The notes beneath the pieces were generated by a model. The model worked only from the letters and a program-made list of their open reading frames with translations. It was not told where the DNA came from and ran no database searches. A DNA stretch of 63,032 nucleotides, the filler included, from Stramenopiles sp. TOSAG23-6 (Eukaryota), in assembly GCA_900128565.1 (NCBI GenBank). It is 12 parts of 12 records of this genome, joined end to end, with 100 filler letters (N's around TTAATTAATTAA, not from the genome) between each part and the next. Parts side by side here need not be neighbours in the genome. Positions count along the whole stretch, not along the records: positions 8,197 to 16,286 come from LT636475.1; positions 16,387 to 24,472 come from LT636476.1; 10 more parts are not named here. One strand, written 5' to 3'. Shown piece by piece: positions 12,129 through 23,320 of this stretch. The position numbers and the translations under genes were made by a program. Numbering within the stretch: the first letter of the stretch is position 1; each line of letters starts with the position of its first letter.

Positions 12129-15100
12129 TTACAATAAAAAGAAGGATAAGTACAACAGAAACATGCTAATCTTTTGTTGCGTACCACTACTACTCAGGAG
12201 AACGTCATCAGAGTTGGCTGTCTTGTCACCAGATTTGCCAGTTTCATTCTTTGTATTATCTTTTCCATTCTCTGTGGTATCTTCAGGTTGAAGGCTGGGC
12301 TTCAGGTTTGGATTGCTTGTATCTTCTGTAGTATCAGGAGGAGAAGGCGTTGTGTCTGTTACACCAGCAGTCTTTGCATTCAAGAAAGTTAAACTTATCT
12401 TCTGATTCACACCATCAGTTGTCGTCACCATCGCTGCATCCAATCGTCGTCTCTGGTTACCACCATCAATACTTGAAGCCTCTGTTGTCGATTCCTGGGA
12501 AACACTCATCGAATCGAGTGCCTTGGCATTATCCACCATGAGACTTTGGAAGACAAATTTTGCTGCGTCGGGATCTTCAAATTTAGAAGTACATTTAATG
12601 CGATTCTTCTTTTTTTTCATTTGTACACATTTATTACACACTGATTGGCCATTCAATGAAACAACACTGCAATCACTAGCTGTACAACTTTTTTTCGTTG
12701 CATCGCCTATTTTTTTCCATGCGCACAAATAATTATTTCTACATTTTCTCCTTTTCAATGATGCACAAATTTCAGCATTATCATTTTCTGGTTTTTGGTT
12801 TTCTAAATCAGGAGCAGATTTTGAGGCGCCATCTTGTTGTGTTTTTTCCGATTCATCATCTACTTTCAATAAACGTCTTGATCTCAGATTGTCATCTTTA
12901 CCCACCTTTGATGCCTTTTTTGTTCCGTTGTTATCCATCGATATTTCTGTAAGTATACGCCCAAACTTCTCTTCGAAAGCAGTTGAATCAAAGTCTTTTA
13001 TGTCCACTGGGTTAGTATTCGGATCAGTTACTTTGAAATCCGCATGAATTATTGGCAATTTTACTTCTTTCACTGGCACATCTCTAAATAATTGCATTTC
13101 CTCAAATAATTCCATATCAAATTCCTCTACATCACCACCATTTTCTTCAAAGTATTTGACTGATTTATTTTCACATGCTTCGAGTCCCAACAAATCTCCT
13201 TTCCTCAGCTTATTTGCACACGTTTCCCAAACTCCAAGAGACTTCTTCATAAGAGCTCGTTGCAATTGAAATGGATATTCAAGTGTATCTCCAGAAAAAT
13301 TATCTTTCCATGTAGCTCTTGCTTTCTTCTGACATGCTTCCATTTCCTCAAAAGTAGAATCTTTGGTGAGACAAGCAGCGACCATATTAGCAACGGATGT
13401 TGCGAAACCCTCTTTTATTTCATCATCAAAGTCCTCGAGTTCACCTCCGGCTTCTTGATACAGATCTTTCGCTAGTTTCTTGCATTCTGACTTTGTGCCT
13501 TCACAATTTTCCATTGCGTCACCAGCCAGTAATGCAGCCCCATCTTGAACAGCTTTTTCTGTTTTCAATTTTTTTTTCTCTGTTTCACTTGCAGCTGGTG
13601 GTTTCTCATCTTCCTCGTAACCTTCCCAATCGCCTTCGTCAGCTGGACTTTCATCAACGTCTCCATTGAGATCTTGAGGGACGGTGATGGCTAGAAAAAC
13701 TTTTTCCAAATATTCTCCATAAAAGTTTCTCGCAGCATCTTGACATGCCTTGAATGTTTTTTCTTTTGTAATGATCGCATTTGTTCCATCATGCACAGGA
13801 TTATCTGTGCAAGCATATGATGATGATTGCACCTCTTCTGCAAATATTCTTTCAACTTCTTCGATCAAATCTGGAGCAAAATCCATTTCTTCGCCACCTG
13901 CAGCAAGATACTTTTCAAGAGCTTTATCATGACAACCCTTCAAATCCGTATTCTTCTTTGAACTTTTTACACAAGCCTCCAGATTTCGGAGAGTAGCATA
14001 TACAACTGCATCTTTTAGCTTGACTTTTGACTCTTCAGTTTTACCGACACTAACCATTTCGCATTGTTCCCTCTTTGTCTTAGAACACAATTTAATACCA
14101 CCACAAGCTTCATAGCACGACATTAATAGTTTTGAAGCGTTTTCTGTCTCTGCCTTTTTCCTTTCCATGTTAATTTTTCGTTTATCTCCACCATACTCAA
14201 GAAAAGCTTCCTTTTCCTTCATTTTACAGACTTCAATTTCAAATTTTTCGCATTTCGTAGAAGCAGCACACGCATTCAATTCCATTTCAGTACAATTGTC
14301 CAAATTACAACCAACACATTTCTCGTCTTCACACTTTTTCTCACAGCCATTTTTTGCGGATGATATAGCTTTACGAGCAGTTGTTGCTTTAGCTTCATCA
14401 AAATCTTGTTCTAATCCACCAGCTACAACAAAAGCCTGCTTCGATTTTTCTTGACATTTTTCAAAATTTGCTTTTCTTGAAGATTCTGTTTTGAGAGTCT
14501 CTGCATCATTACCTGCCGAGTCCTTCACCTTTTTAACTTGGGCATTCAAGCAAGCCTTCATTTTTTCTTGATAAATACGATCAGCGACTTCGTTTTTGAT
14601 TACATTCACATCTGAAGAATCGCCACCATGAGAGATGAATGCCCTCCTTGCAGTTTCATCACAAGCTTCAGAAAATTCCTTTTCCAATGTTAAACTCATA
14701 GTATCATCGTGTTTACGCATACAAATTTCATACGATTCTGTGAAAGCTGTCTCGGCAGCTTCTTCCTGATCACGAGCGAATTCTTCAGTATTACCGCCAA
14801 ACTTTTTGAATTCCTTCTCTGCACCCTTATTGCACTTATTCACTTCAACATCAAGTTCTGCATCAGATAATGGTTTGTCAAAGTTGATCTTGGACTCCAT
14901 ACACGCGTCCATATAGCGCGCATAAGCATGTGTTGCTGCCTCAGATGCATATTCATCAAAGTCTTCTGGTGACCCACCTGCTTTTTCATAGGCTTCTTGG
15001 GATTTCTTTTGACACTTCTTTTGAGCACTTCTCATTTGTGATTCATTGGTTTCATCCAGATTAAGGTTTACAATTTCTTCATTCATACAATCACTAAATG

Positions 15101-16286
15101 CAACAACAATTGCCTTTTCTGCGCCTTTAAGAATTGCTTCATCATGATCTCGGGGGTCTCCTCCACTTTGAAAAAATGCTATGTCTGCAACTTCATCACA
15201 TCCTTCTCTTGCCTCTAGAAGAAGTCTCTCTTCTGAAAGTTGCGTCTCTCCTAGAGCTTTTAGTTCAATCATTTGACTTTCTACACAGTCGCGGAATGCC
15301 TTTGTATACGCATCAGTACTTGCTTCAATTTCAGCCTTTTCAAAACCATCTTTGGACCCCCCAGCTTTCTGGAATGCAGCCTTTGCAGCACTTTCACAGC
15401 CTTTAGCTGCAGCTTGAATTTCACTGTGTTTAGCAGTTTCCACATCAATATCTTGCGACCAGAGTGCTTCTACCACACAATCTCTCATTATATCGGTAAC
15501 AGCATTAGTCTTGGCGTTCTTTTTTACTTCATCGAGATGCTCTCGGTCACCACCAGCATTCACAAAATCATCCTCTGCCATGTTCTTACATTTTTCTGTT
15601 GCTGCTTTTATTTGAGCCTCTGTTACATCTGATGAATCGTCTCCAAGTACATCAGCTACACAAAATTTCAGCTTTTCGGCATATGCCTTTTCGGCAGCGT
15701 GACATTTTCTTTCAAACATATTTTCTGTGTTTCCACCCGCCTTTAGGAACTTCGTTGAAGCATGTTCGTCACATTGCTTTTGAAAAAACTTCAGTTCATT
15801 TTCTGATGGCTTTTGGTCTAAATCTGAAATCTGGTTTTTCATACACTCATTCATTGTATTCTTGTATGCTTCTTCTTGAATTTCACGAGTGACAGTAGTA
15901 AATTCTTGCTTTTTACCACCGGCTGCCACGTACAATTCTCGAGCTTTGGCTTCGCAGGTTTCCATAAACTCTATGATAAATTCATTGACTTGGTCATTAA
16001 GTACGCCGGCTTTATTCATTTTCTCGTTTGCTTCTGTTTCGCATTTTTTCATTTCTGCAATTAGTTTCTTCTTTGGAAGAGAAGCTTTACAAACCAGATA
16101 ACATTGAGCATTTTTTTGAGTGCACTTTTTACAGTAATCTTCTTCATTCAAACCTGCTTGACAACTAAGACACTGAAGATTGATAGCTTTACAGCAAACT
16201 TTTTCCTTCTCTGGGCATACTTTTTTGCAGTTCCCTCTTACACAATCAGCACAATACTCACCTGGTGTCGTACCAGCTACACAACT
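12129..16286 (-). CDS. Large Cys-rich helical-repeat surface protein (5' truncated) with a hydrophobic C-terminal tail, possibly a GPI signal
   Basis: >1340 aa ORF with recurring C...A...F..(A)GG units, RRLL/RRRL motifs, a Ser/Thr/Asp linker and the tail MFLLYLSFFLL. Confidence 0.75.
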   Translation of the reverse strand, partial: SCVAGTTPGEYCADCVRGNCKKVCPEKEKVCCKAINLQCLSCQAGLNEEDYCKKCTQKNAQCYLVCKASLPKKKLIAEMKKCETEANEKMNKAGVLNDQVNEFIIEFMETCEAKARELYVAAGGKKQEFTTVTREIQEEAYKNTMNECMKNQISDLDQKPSENELKFFQKQCDEHASTKFLKAGGNTENMFERKCHAAEKAYAEKLKFCVADVLGDDSSDVTEAQIKAATEKCKNMAEDDFVNAGGDREHLDEVKKNAKTNAVTDIMRDCVVEALWSQDIDVETAKHSEIQAAAKGCESAAKAAFQKAGGSKDGFEKAEIEASTDAYTKAFRDCVESQMIELKALGETQLSEERLLLEAREGCDEVADIAFFQSGGDPRDHDEAILKGAEKAIVVAFSDCMNEEIVNLNLDETNESQMRSAQKKCQKKSQEAYEKAGGSPEDFDEYASEAATHAYARYMDACMESKINFDKPLSDAELDVEVNKCNKGAEKEFKKFGGNTEEFARDQEEAAETAFTESYEICMRKHDDTMSLTLEKEFSEACDETARRAFISHGGDSSDVNVIKNEVADRIYQEKMKACLNAQVKKVKDSAGNDAETLKTESSRKANFEKCQEKSKQAFVVAGGLEQDFDEAKATTARKAISSAKNGCEKKCEDEKCVGCNLDNCTEMELNACAASTKCEKFEIEVCKMKEKEAFLEYGGDKRKINMERKKAETENASKLLMSCYEACGGIKLCSKTKREQCEMVSVGKTEESKVKLKDAVVYATLRNLEACVKSSKKNTDLKGCHDKALEKYLAAGGEEMDFAPDLIEEVERIFAEEVQSSSYACTDNPVHDGTNAIITKEKTFKACQDAARNFYGEYLEKVFLAITVPQDLNGDVDESPADEGDWEGYEEDEKPPAASETEKKKLKTEKAVQDGAALLAGDAMENCEGTKSECKKLAKDLYQEAGGELEDFDDEIKEGFATSVANMVAACLTKDSTFEEMEACQKKARATWKDNFSGDTLEYPFQLQRALMKKSLGVWETCANKLRKGDLLGLEACENKSVKYFEENGGDVEEFDMELFEEMQLFRDVPVKEVKLPIIHADFKVTDPNTNPVDIKDFDSTAFEEKFGRILTEISMDNNGTKKASKVGKDDNLRSRRLLKVDDESEKTQQDGASKSAPDLENQKPENDNAEICASLKRRKCRNNYLCAWKKIGDATKKSCTASDCSVVSLNGQSVCNKCVQMKKKKNRIKCTSKFEDPDAAKFVFQSLMVDNAKALDSMSVSQESTTEASSIDGGNQRRRLDAAMVTTTDGVNQKISLTFLNAKTAGVTDTTPSPPDTTEDTSNPNLKPSLQPEDTTENGKDNTKNETGKSGDKTANSDDVLLSSSGTQQKISMFLLYLSFFLL

Positions 16287-16413
16287 NNNNNNNNNNNNNN
16301 NNNNNNNNNNNNNNNNNNNNNNNNNNNNNNTTAATTAATTAANNNNNNNNNNNNNNNNNNNNNNNNNNNNNNNNNNNNNNNNNNNNGCACTGTGGGCTAT
16401 AAAAACCTTAACT

Positions 16414-19400
16414 CTAATCTATGCTACTAGAACTTTCATCAAAATCATCATCATAAATTAAGCCAGGTAAAAAAAGTTTAACTTTTGATATTTCATCAAT
16501 GGTCAAATGAATCTTTTGTATAGTGGCAACCTGAAGTTCTTTAATCGCATTCATTGTATTATGCATTTCAACCATTGCCGTATTCGTTTGTGTTTCTATT
16601 TGTTTCATAGTTTTACTTACTAAACGTATTTGTGTAATATCTACACCACTACCTATTATAATTTTATGCTTTTCAGGAATAATACTACATTTCATGTCAA
16701 ATTCCCATTTCTTTAACAAAAAATCAGATGGAAAAGTTATTTCTTGTAATTCTCTAAATATACGTTCTGCTTCTGAAAATGCAGTTCCATCAATCATCGC
16801 TAATAATTCTGGATCTGCATTTATATATTCAGCTAATTGTCTTTCATATATGTATGGAAAATGTATTAGAACTTCATAAGACTGCCTCCATTTTTTTAAT
16901 TTACTTTTTAATTTACTTAATGAAATACGACGCGTATTTCTGTTAAGTAATAAATTTCGAATAAAAATAGCTTTACTTTTCACAAAATTGATAATTGTAT
17001 GAAGAATCGTGGCTATTAGATTTCCATTCCTTATTTGTTTCATTAAGCTTTTAAGAAGCCGTTTAGAAGTTGACGATCGTATCAACGTACCAATCTTTCC
17101 TTCATTGTAAATAAATCGGTATTTTTTCCAATTTGCAATCATATAACAAGAAATAATACAAACCAAAAAATATCTAAATACAATGATATACGAAATGAAA
17201 TAAAGAAATAATACTGAAACTGTATTATCATTCATATTTTTTTCATCTTTCAAATGTAGAAAAATATTATTATTTAAGATGCCTAAGCTAAGATTAGAAA
17301 TTGTTGCAGAAAGAGTTGAAAATCTATGCGAATTAAAAACAAAGCAAAAGTATCCAAATACAGTAAATGCTGCAAAAATTGATCCTATAGTAAACATAAT
17401 TGTTATAATTTCTTTCCATGATTTGACTAAAATATGCACAAATGTCCTAAGAAAATCAGAATAGGGTGTATATTTCAATACACGGAATGTCAAAAGTAGA
17501 ATAACAAATGATAATCGTAAATGTTGACGTTCAATAGCATCAAAAGCAGTTTCCATATCTTGATAATTGTTCATTGTGAAGGCTTGTCTTAGTTTTTCAT
17601 CCATATTTAATGTGTGAAGATCCCAATGAAAGGCTAATTCTTGAACTACATACACGGTAATAAATACAGCTATATCATAAAAGGCAAATATAATTTCATA
17701 ATAGAATTCTGTAGTTTGTTTTCGCCAATCGAGTATTTCTCTCCTTGACTGATATACTGTAAGTATCGACAATGTGATTAAAGGGAGCACCAGAAAAAAA
17801 CGTACAATAATATTTGAAGTATTTAAATGAAGCAATGAATCATTTGTTGGTGTCAGCCAAGCAATGTTTGCATTCCAATGAGGAACAACTAAACCTTCAG
17901 GTCCAATTTCAAACCAAACTTTAACAAGACATAAAGCATGAGCATCATGAATGTAATAAGTGATTTTGAAAAATATTGCTCGTGTTGCTAGTCCTAAGAA
18001 GTGTTTCAAATCTCCAATTTCAGCTTTGATTTGTTCAGCGGATTTATCATACCGTAAAGTATGTAAAAATCCTGAACCATCATATGTAGCATAGAGTCCA
18101 TCTGATGACATTGCATCTGTTTCTGTAGACCGGAACCAATTGTATTCACATCTATAATCTCGTGCATTACTACTTTTGTAAGTTTCATGCACAGTATGAA
18201 TAAGTTTATAACATTCCAGCTGACGATGTTCCTCCTTTAAATCCTTCGATGCAATGTATCCACATGTTTCTGTGTTTTTAATATTTTTATTATGCAAATC
18301 ACAATGATTAATATCAACATAACACCACACTTGATCACAAGTTTGATCTCTAGCAGCATTTAATTCACCAGTCGTTTGGTTCAAACAATTTGTTGAGTCT
18401 AATATATTGTAATTAAAGCACCCTTGATAACCCAATTCGTCTGACTCTTTGATAATACATTTACAAGATGGATTTTCAACATACCGACAAACACCGAAAA
18501 CTTCATTTATTTTTTCACTTGCACCATTACAAACCCCACCATTTGGTGCACAATCATTTGTTGTGACACAATTTAAATCCACTGAAATACTACACTTTCC
18601 AATGACAGGGTCTACAGCAGGTTTATATCCAATACATTGTTTTTCACTTGGTGTTAGTATATAGTGAGATCTTTTAATACAATCATTTGTAGTTCTACAT
18701 CCTACAACACAAATTCCATACGTTGCACCTGTTTTTTTTATACAATTTGATAATTTATTTCTCAGTAGTCCCTGTTCTGATGTACAATCTGAATCTTTCG
18801 TACAAGAAATTTTACATACTTTATTTGTAGTTGTTGTTGCTGGATTTTCTGATACACAACTTCCGATACCACACTCGGCTGGACTAACACACTGTGTTTT
18901 GTTAGCATTATCTGCAATTATGTCTGAATTAGTTCCTATAATATTAGTTTTCACTCGACTAATTCCTCCAAATTCTTCAAGATTGGCAACATTATAACTA
19001 TACCTAGGAAAGTTCTGATTACTTAGTCGTACTGGGCGTTTGATTGGTTTATTTCTATCATTTATTACAGTTCCAAAATAATTTTGGGTTGTTTCATCCT
19101 GAGGCATTTTTTGCACACGTACTTGACGAACTCGAACTCCCCACATTCCAATCATTCCATTTTTATTTTCTTTGTCTTCCTGCTTTTCATTTTGGGTATG
19201 AAATAATTCTGGGACAATGATTTCTTCTACATATGCCCAAATATTAGGGATTATATCAACTTTTTCCAAGGTCAAATTTTCACTACCTTGGTGTTCCGTG
19301 GTAAAGGGAGCATATCTCAACATCTTTTCTACACGATCAATTATAAGAAATTTTTCGGCAGGACGTACAGTATCAACGATTGCAATAATACTAGAAACCA

Positions 19401-19545
19401 AAGCAATTACATAGAAAAGTATATCAAGTCGTCTCAAACGTAACTTTTGTGTTTTATCAAACCACTTGTCAAAGTCGTCGAGACCAATCATTCCAACGTC
19501 TTCAAGAGAATCAACAGACTCTAACACGGAACTTTGGGTACTCAT
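16414..19545 (-). CDS. Polycystin-2 (TRPP)-like cation channel
   Basis: GVRVRQVRV, YATYDGSGF, LATRAIF, FEIGPEG, six TM segments and a C-terminal coiled coil. Confidence 0.8.
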   Translation of the reverse strand: MSTQSSVLESVDSLEDVGMIGLDDFDKWFDKTQKLRLRRLDILFYVIALVSSIIAIVDTVRPAEKFLIIDRVEKMLRYAPFTTEHQGSENLTLEKVDIIPNIWAYVEEIIVPELFHTQNEKQEDKENKNGMIGMWGVRVRQVRVQKMPQDETTQNYFGTVINDRNKPIKRPVRLSNQNFPRYSYNVANLEEFGGISRVKTNIIGTNSDIIADNANKTQCVSPAECGIGSCVSENPATTTTNKVCKISCTKDSDCTSEQGLLRNKLSNCIKKTGATYGICVVGCRTTNDCIKRSHYILTPSEKQCIGYKPAVDPVIGKCSISVDLNCVTTNDCAPNGGVCNGASEKINEVFGVCRYVENPSCKCIIKESDELGYQGCFNYNILDSTNCLNQTTGELNAARDQTCDQVWCYVDINHCDLHNKNIKNTETCGYIASKDLKEEHRQLECYKLIHTVHETYKSSNARDYRCEYNWFRSTETDAMSSDGLYATYDGSGFLHTLRYDKSAEQIKAEIGDLKHFLGLATRAIFFKITYYIHDAHALCLVKVWFEIGPEGLVVPHWNANIAWLTPTNDSLLHLNTSNIIVRFFLVLPLITLSILTVYQSRREILDWRKQTTEFYYEIIFAFYDIAVFITVYVVQELAFHWDLHTLNMDEKLRQAFTMNNYQDMETAFDAIERQHLRLSFVILLLTFRVLKYTPYSDFLRTFVHILVKSWKEIITIMFTIGSIFAAFTVFGYFCFVFNSHRFSTLSATISNLSLGILNNNIFLHLKDEKNMNDNTVSVLFLYFISYIIVFRYFLVCIISCYMIANWKKYRFIYNEGKIGTLIRSSTSKRLLKSLMKQIRNGNLIATILHTIINFVKSKAIFIRNLLLNRNTRRISLSKLKSKLKKWRQSYEVLIHFPYIYERQLAEYINADPELLAMIDGTAFSEAERIFRELQEITFPSDFLLKKWEFDMKCSIIPEKHKIIIGSGVDITQIRLVSKTMKQIETQTNTAMVEMHNTMNAIKELQVATIQKIHLTIDEISKVKLFLPGLIYDDDFDESSSSID

Positions 19546-20104
19546 TTCAAATATAAAGCGTTTAAGATTTTTTCATACTTCAAGTGTAAGAGGAAAGTCA
19601 AATGTCAATCAATTGCAAAGTTTTAGGCTTTGAAGAAAGAAGATGAGAGAGGAGGAGGAGGAGAGGAGGAGGAGGAGAGAGTGTTGTTGTTTCAAAATTT
19701 CAAATTGAAATAATAATCTCCGCCCGGAGCGGGAAAAAAAAGATAAATTGCAAATTGGAATTATTTTGCGATTTTGTAATTTGAAATTTGAAATTTTGAA
19801 TTTATTTTCTGTTTTTGACGACTAATGTCTCATTCATCAATTGGCCATACTATAATATGCTTTGAATATAACTACCTAATTGACGAATCGTGTACTATAT
19901 GGAAATACTGCACACACAATGAAAAATTGAATATTAATAGAAAGAAAAAAGTTTCAATTTTATTTCTCTTTTTTCCAGTTCTATTTGAATATCATAATAT
20001 ATCAACCCACTGAACATCTTTCATAAATTTTTATCGCCTTTACGAAGACAAATTGAAACGATATTGATGGATTTGTGAGTGTTTATTCCACACACGTAAC
20101 TTAT

Positions 20105-20681
20105 TCATTTCAATTTGTGTCTCACACGTAATTTATTCACTCCAATTTGTAATCCATTTGCAAGTTTTGTAAGTTCTTCGAGTTCTGGTTCAATAATTTG
20201 TAATTGACCTTTACCAACCCTTCTAAAAACGACGTTCATTGTCGAATTAGGTCGCCTTTCTCTTTTNGAGATTTTTTTTTNGNCTTNCANGTAAGCATGT
20301 GGGACGATGTCGTCTCCGTATTCTTCGTGGTTGACTGACATCAGCCACTGGTTGACAAGGGATACAACAAGGGATACAATGACAATTTCGCCCGAAAAAA
20401 GATGTAATACGCATCTGTTTTATGTCGCCTCTTTTATCTTGAGGNAGTNAATNTTGTGGTAGTGCAGTCCACTCGTTTGTANTATCTGGATTTNTATCGT
20501 CAGCACCAGAGATTTCCATATCCCTTCCCTTTATTAAAGTCTCTGAAGGGGTTTCTGTTTCCATGGTCATTTGCTTGANTGAAGTATCTGCAGCATGAAC
20601 AACACTAAGCGCATAACAGAATATNCAAAGCATGTACGTGAATCTATTATAAAATGTTGACATAATTGGTTTAATATTCAA
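20105..20681 (-). CDS. Hypothetical protein, frame uncertain because of Ns
   Basis: Overlapping ORFs with a hydrophobic N-terminal segment. Confidence 0.35.
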
Positions 20682-20980
20682 TGGTATAGCAGTNCTCTTG
20701 GTGTAGTTGTCGAAGTTGTCTTGTCTTGCTTTTTTTAGAGTGGTACTTTGCTGACTCTGACTAATGATAATATCAGATTCGAACCCGAACCCTAACCCTA
20801 GTAATAATTATACGCAATCGCAATCGAGATACAAAAATAACTAGGGTTAGGGTTACTCCCGGAGATTTTCAATTTCCGTTTCGTCTTTTTATCAATTATT
20901 TACATAATACATCCCAATCTTTTTCTCATCTACATAAAAAAGCAAGTTCTTTTATTGTTTGAACATTCAACGNCATTCAA

Positions 20981-23098
20981 ATGAAAATCCAACCAGAGAG
21001 TACATCTGGTAATAGTGCAAATGCATATTTACTACAATCCAAAGTAGCCGAACATGGAGTAGTAGCTATAAAAGAAGAAAAAACTTCATTGGAAGAGGCT
21101 CGAGAAGAGTCTGACGCTCGTTTGTTACAACAGGCAAAAGAGATGAATTCTACTAATTCTACGAATAAACAAGAACTTAAGCAAGGACCTATGGGTACTT
21201 CAACGAACGCAATGCCCAAAGGTCAATATTTTATAAATCCATATTCAGATTTTATGAAAAAATGGGACAATTTCATTATGATATTATTATTATTTACCGC
21301 TGCTGTTACTCCTTTTGAAGTTGCTTTNATGGGTGAAACAAGAGTAGATTTATTATTTTTTGTGAATAGAATTGTTGATTTAGGTTTCACAGTGGATATG
21401 TTTTTTCAATTTAATCTTGGATTTCCAGATCCTGAAACAAATGAAATCATTTATCATCATGGCGCAATTGCACATCGATACTTAACAACGTGGTTTTTGA
21501 TAGATTTTGTATCAATTTTACCATTTGATATTGTAGCAATGAATATTAATACAGAAGATATGGATGTATCTCAATTAAAGATTGTTCGTACAATTCGTTT
21601 GTTGAGATTGATTAAGTTGTTGCGTGTGNTGAGGTCATCAAGAATATTAAAAAGAATTGAACATTCTTTAGGTTGGTCCTTTGTCACATTTGCTTTAATT
21701 AAATTTGTTATTGCATTATTTGTTACGATGCATTGGGTTGCATGTATTTGGGGTATATGTCCATCAATGTCATCATCCGCATTAAATTGGTATACAGAAT
21801 TTGGTATGGAATATGCAACTACAGGAGATCGTTATGCTGCTGCTGTAGAATTTGCTATGATGTCATTTGTTGTAGGATATGGATCATTTACACCAACTAC
21901 GACAGGTGAACGTGTTGTTGCTTTATTCTGTATGTTTTTATCAGGTAGTATATACGCTTATATTATTGGTGCAATATGTCAGGCAGTGTCGATGAGAGAT
22001 CCAGGAACTCAAAAATTTCATCAAACTATGGATTTATTAAATATGTACATGACAGAAATCAGAATGCCACCAGATGATCGAATTCGTATGAGAGAATTTG
22101 TACATAATTGTAAAGGTTTACAAAGACAAGAATTTTATCAAGAAGTTCTTCGAGTCTTATCACCAAAATTACAGGGTGAATTTGCAATGCGTACAACAGG
22201 TCAATGGATTGAACAAGTTCCATTTTTTTGTTGTGACGAAACAGAAGAGAGAAGGCGATTTGTAGTTGATGTTGCATTAACGTTAAGTCGTAGAGCATAT
22301 ACTCGTGGTGAAATTTTATTTAAGATAAATGAAACAGCAGATTTGATGTTTATAGTTGCTCAAGGTGTGATTGGTGCAAAAGGNAGTATACTTCGATCAG
22401 GTGATTTTGTNGGCGAAGATATGATTATGCAGANTGGTCTACGTACGTATAGAGCAACGGCAATGACATTTGTTGATACGCAAACACTTTCAAGAGATAA
22501 CTTATTTAGAGTATTAGAAAGAGGTGATTTTCCTGAAACAGAAAAANTAATTCATATTGCAGCACTTCGATTAGCAATCAAAAGATACTTTAAAAAATTG
22601 GTGACTACTATACAGTCGGGTNATGCTTTCGCAAGCAAGAAAAAAATGACGGAAGAAGAAATTTCAGAGTGGAAACTTCAAATGAAAAAAAAATCATCAG
22701 AAAAGTCATTATTGGCTTCTCCACTAGGAAAAAGAAAAAAACAGAAAGAAGAAAAAACAGAAAGTGATGAAAAAGTACATGCAGATCCAATTCGATCTTG
22801 TTTACAAGAATCAATTACAAAAGAAGTAGACTTAAATTCTTTATTACAAAAGCTTGAAAATATGTCCCGTGGAATAAAGCTTTTACAATCTGCAGTTACA
22901 GCTACTGCACAAAATATCCATGAATTACAGTCTGATTTTAGTACACATTTAGGTATTGGAAAAGATACAAGAAATGTTGAGTCTAGAAAATATCCAGAAA
23001 TTAATGGTGATGATGAAAGTTGGAGNCCATCAACACCAAATATACAAAATATCGATATTTTGGAAGATTTGAAAGAGGGTATTTCACGTCGTATTTAA
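20981..23098 (+). CDS. Cyclic-nucleotide-binding-domain voltage-gated cation channel (EAG/HCN-like)
   Basis: S4 RTIRLLRLIKLLRV, pore VVGYG, C-linker and CNBD (GDFxGE, RATAMT). Confidence 0.9.
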   Translation: MKIQPESTSGNSANAYLLQSKVAEHGVVAIKEEKTSLEEAREESDARLLQQAKEMNSTNSTNKQELKQGPMGTSTNAMPKGQYFINPYSDFMKKWDNFIMILLLFTAAVTPFEVAXMGETRVDLLFFVNRIVDLGFTVDMFFQFNLGFPDPETNEIIYHHGAIAHRYLTTWFLIDFVSILPFDIVAMNINTEDMDVSQLKIVRTIRLLRLIKLLRVXRSSRILKRIEHSLGWSFVTFALIKFVIALFVTMHWVACIWGICPSMSSSALNWYTEFGMEYATTGDRYAAAVEFAMMSFVVGYGSFTPTTTGERVVALFCMFLSGSIYAYIIGAICQAVSMRDPGTQKFHQTMDLLNMYMTEIRMPPDDRIRMREFVHNCKGLQRQEFYQEVLRVLSPKLQGEFAMRTTGQWIEQVPFFCCDETEERRRFVVDVALTLSRRAYTRGEILFKINETADLMFIVAQGVIGAKXSILRSGDFXGEDMIMQXGLRTYRATAMTFVDTQTLSRDNLFRVLERGDFPETEKXIHIAALRLAIKRYFKKLVTTIQSGXAFASKKKMTEEEISEWKLQMKKKSSEKSLLASPLGKRKKQKEEKTESDEKVHADPIRSCLQESITKEVDLNSLLQKLENMSRGIKLLQSAVTATAQNIHELQSDFSTHLGIGKDTRNVESRKYPEINGDDESWXPSTPNIQNIDILEDLKEGISRRI

Positions 23099-23320
23099 AT
23101 GTAGTAAAAAAAAANTAAAAAAATCTTTTTTTTACTAGCATTTGCTGTTCTGTTAAACTGAATTTCGGAATTTATTTTTTAATTTATTTTTTCGGAATTT
23201 TTCCAAGATCTCTCAGATCGTCTAAAAACGAGTCTAAAAAGTATCTTTTTTTACTCGAAAAACTTTCACAAATAACATTACACATGGTTGCTATAATNTA
23301 CAAGTAGTGTAGTACATTAA

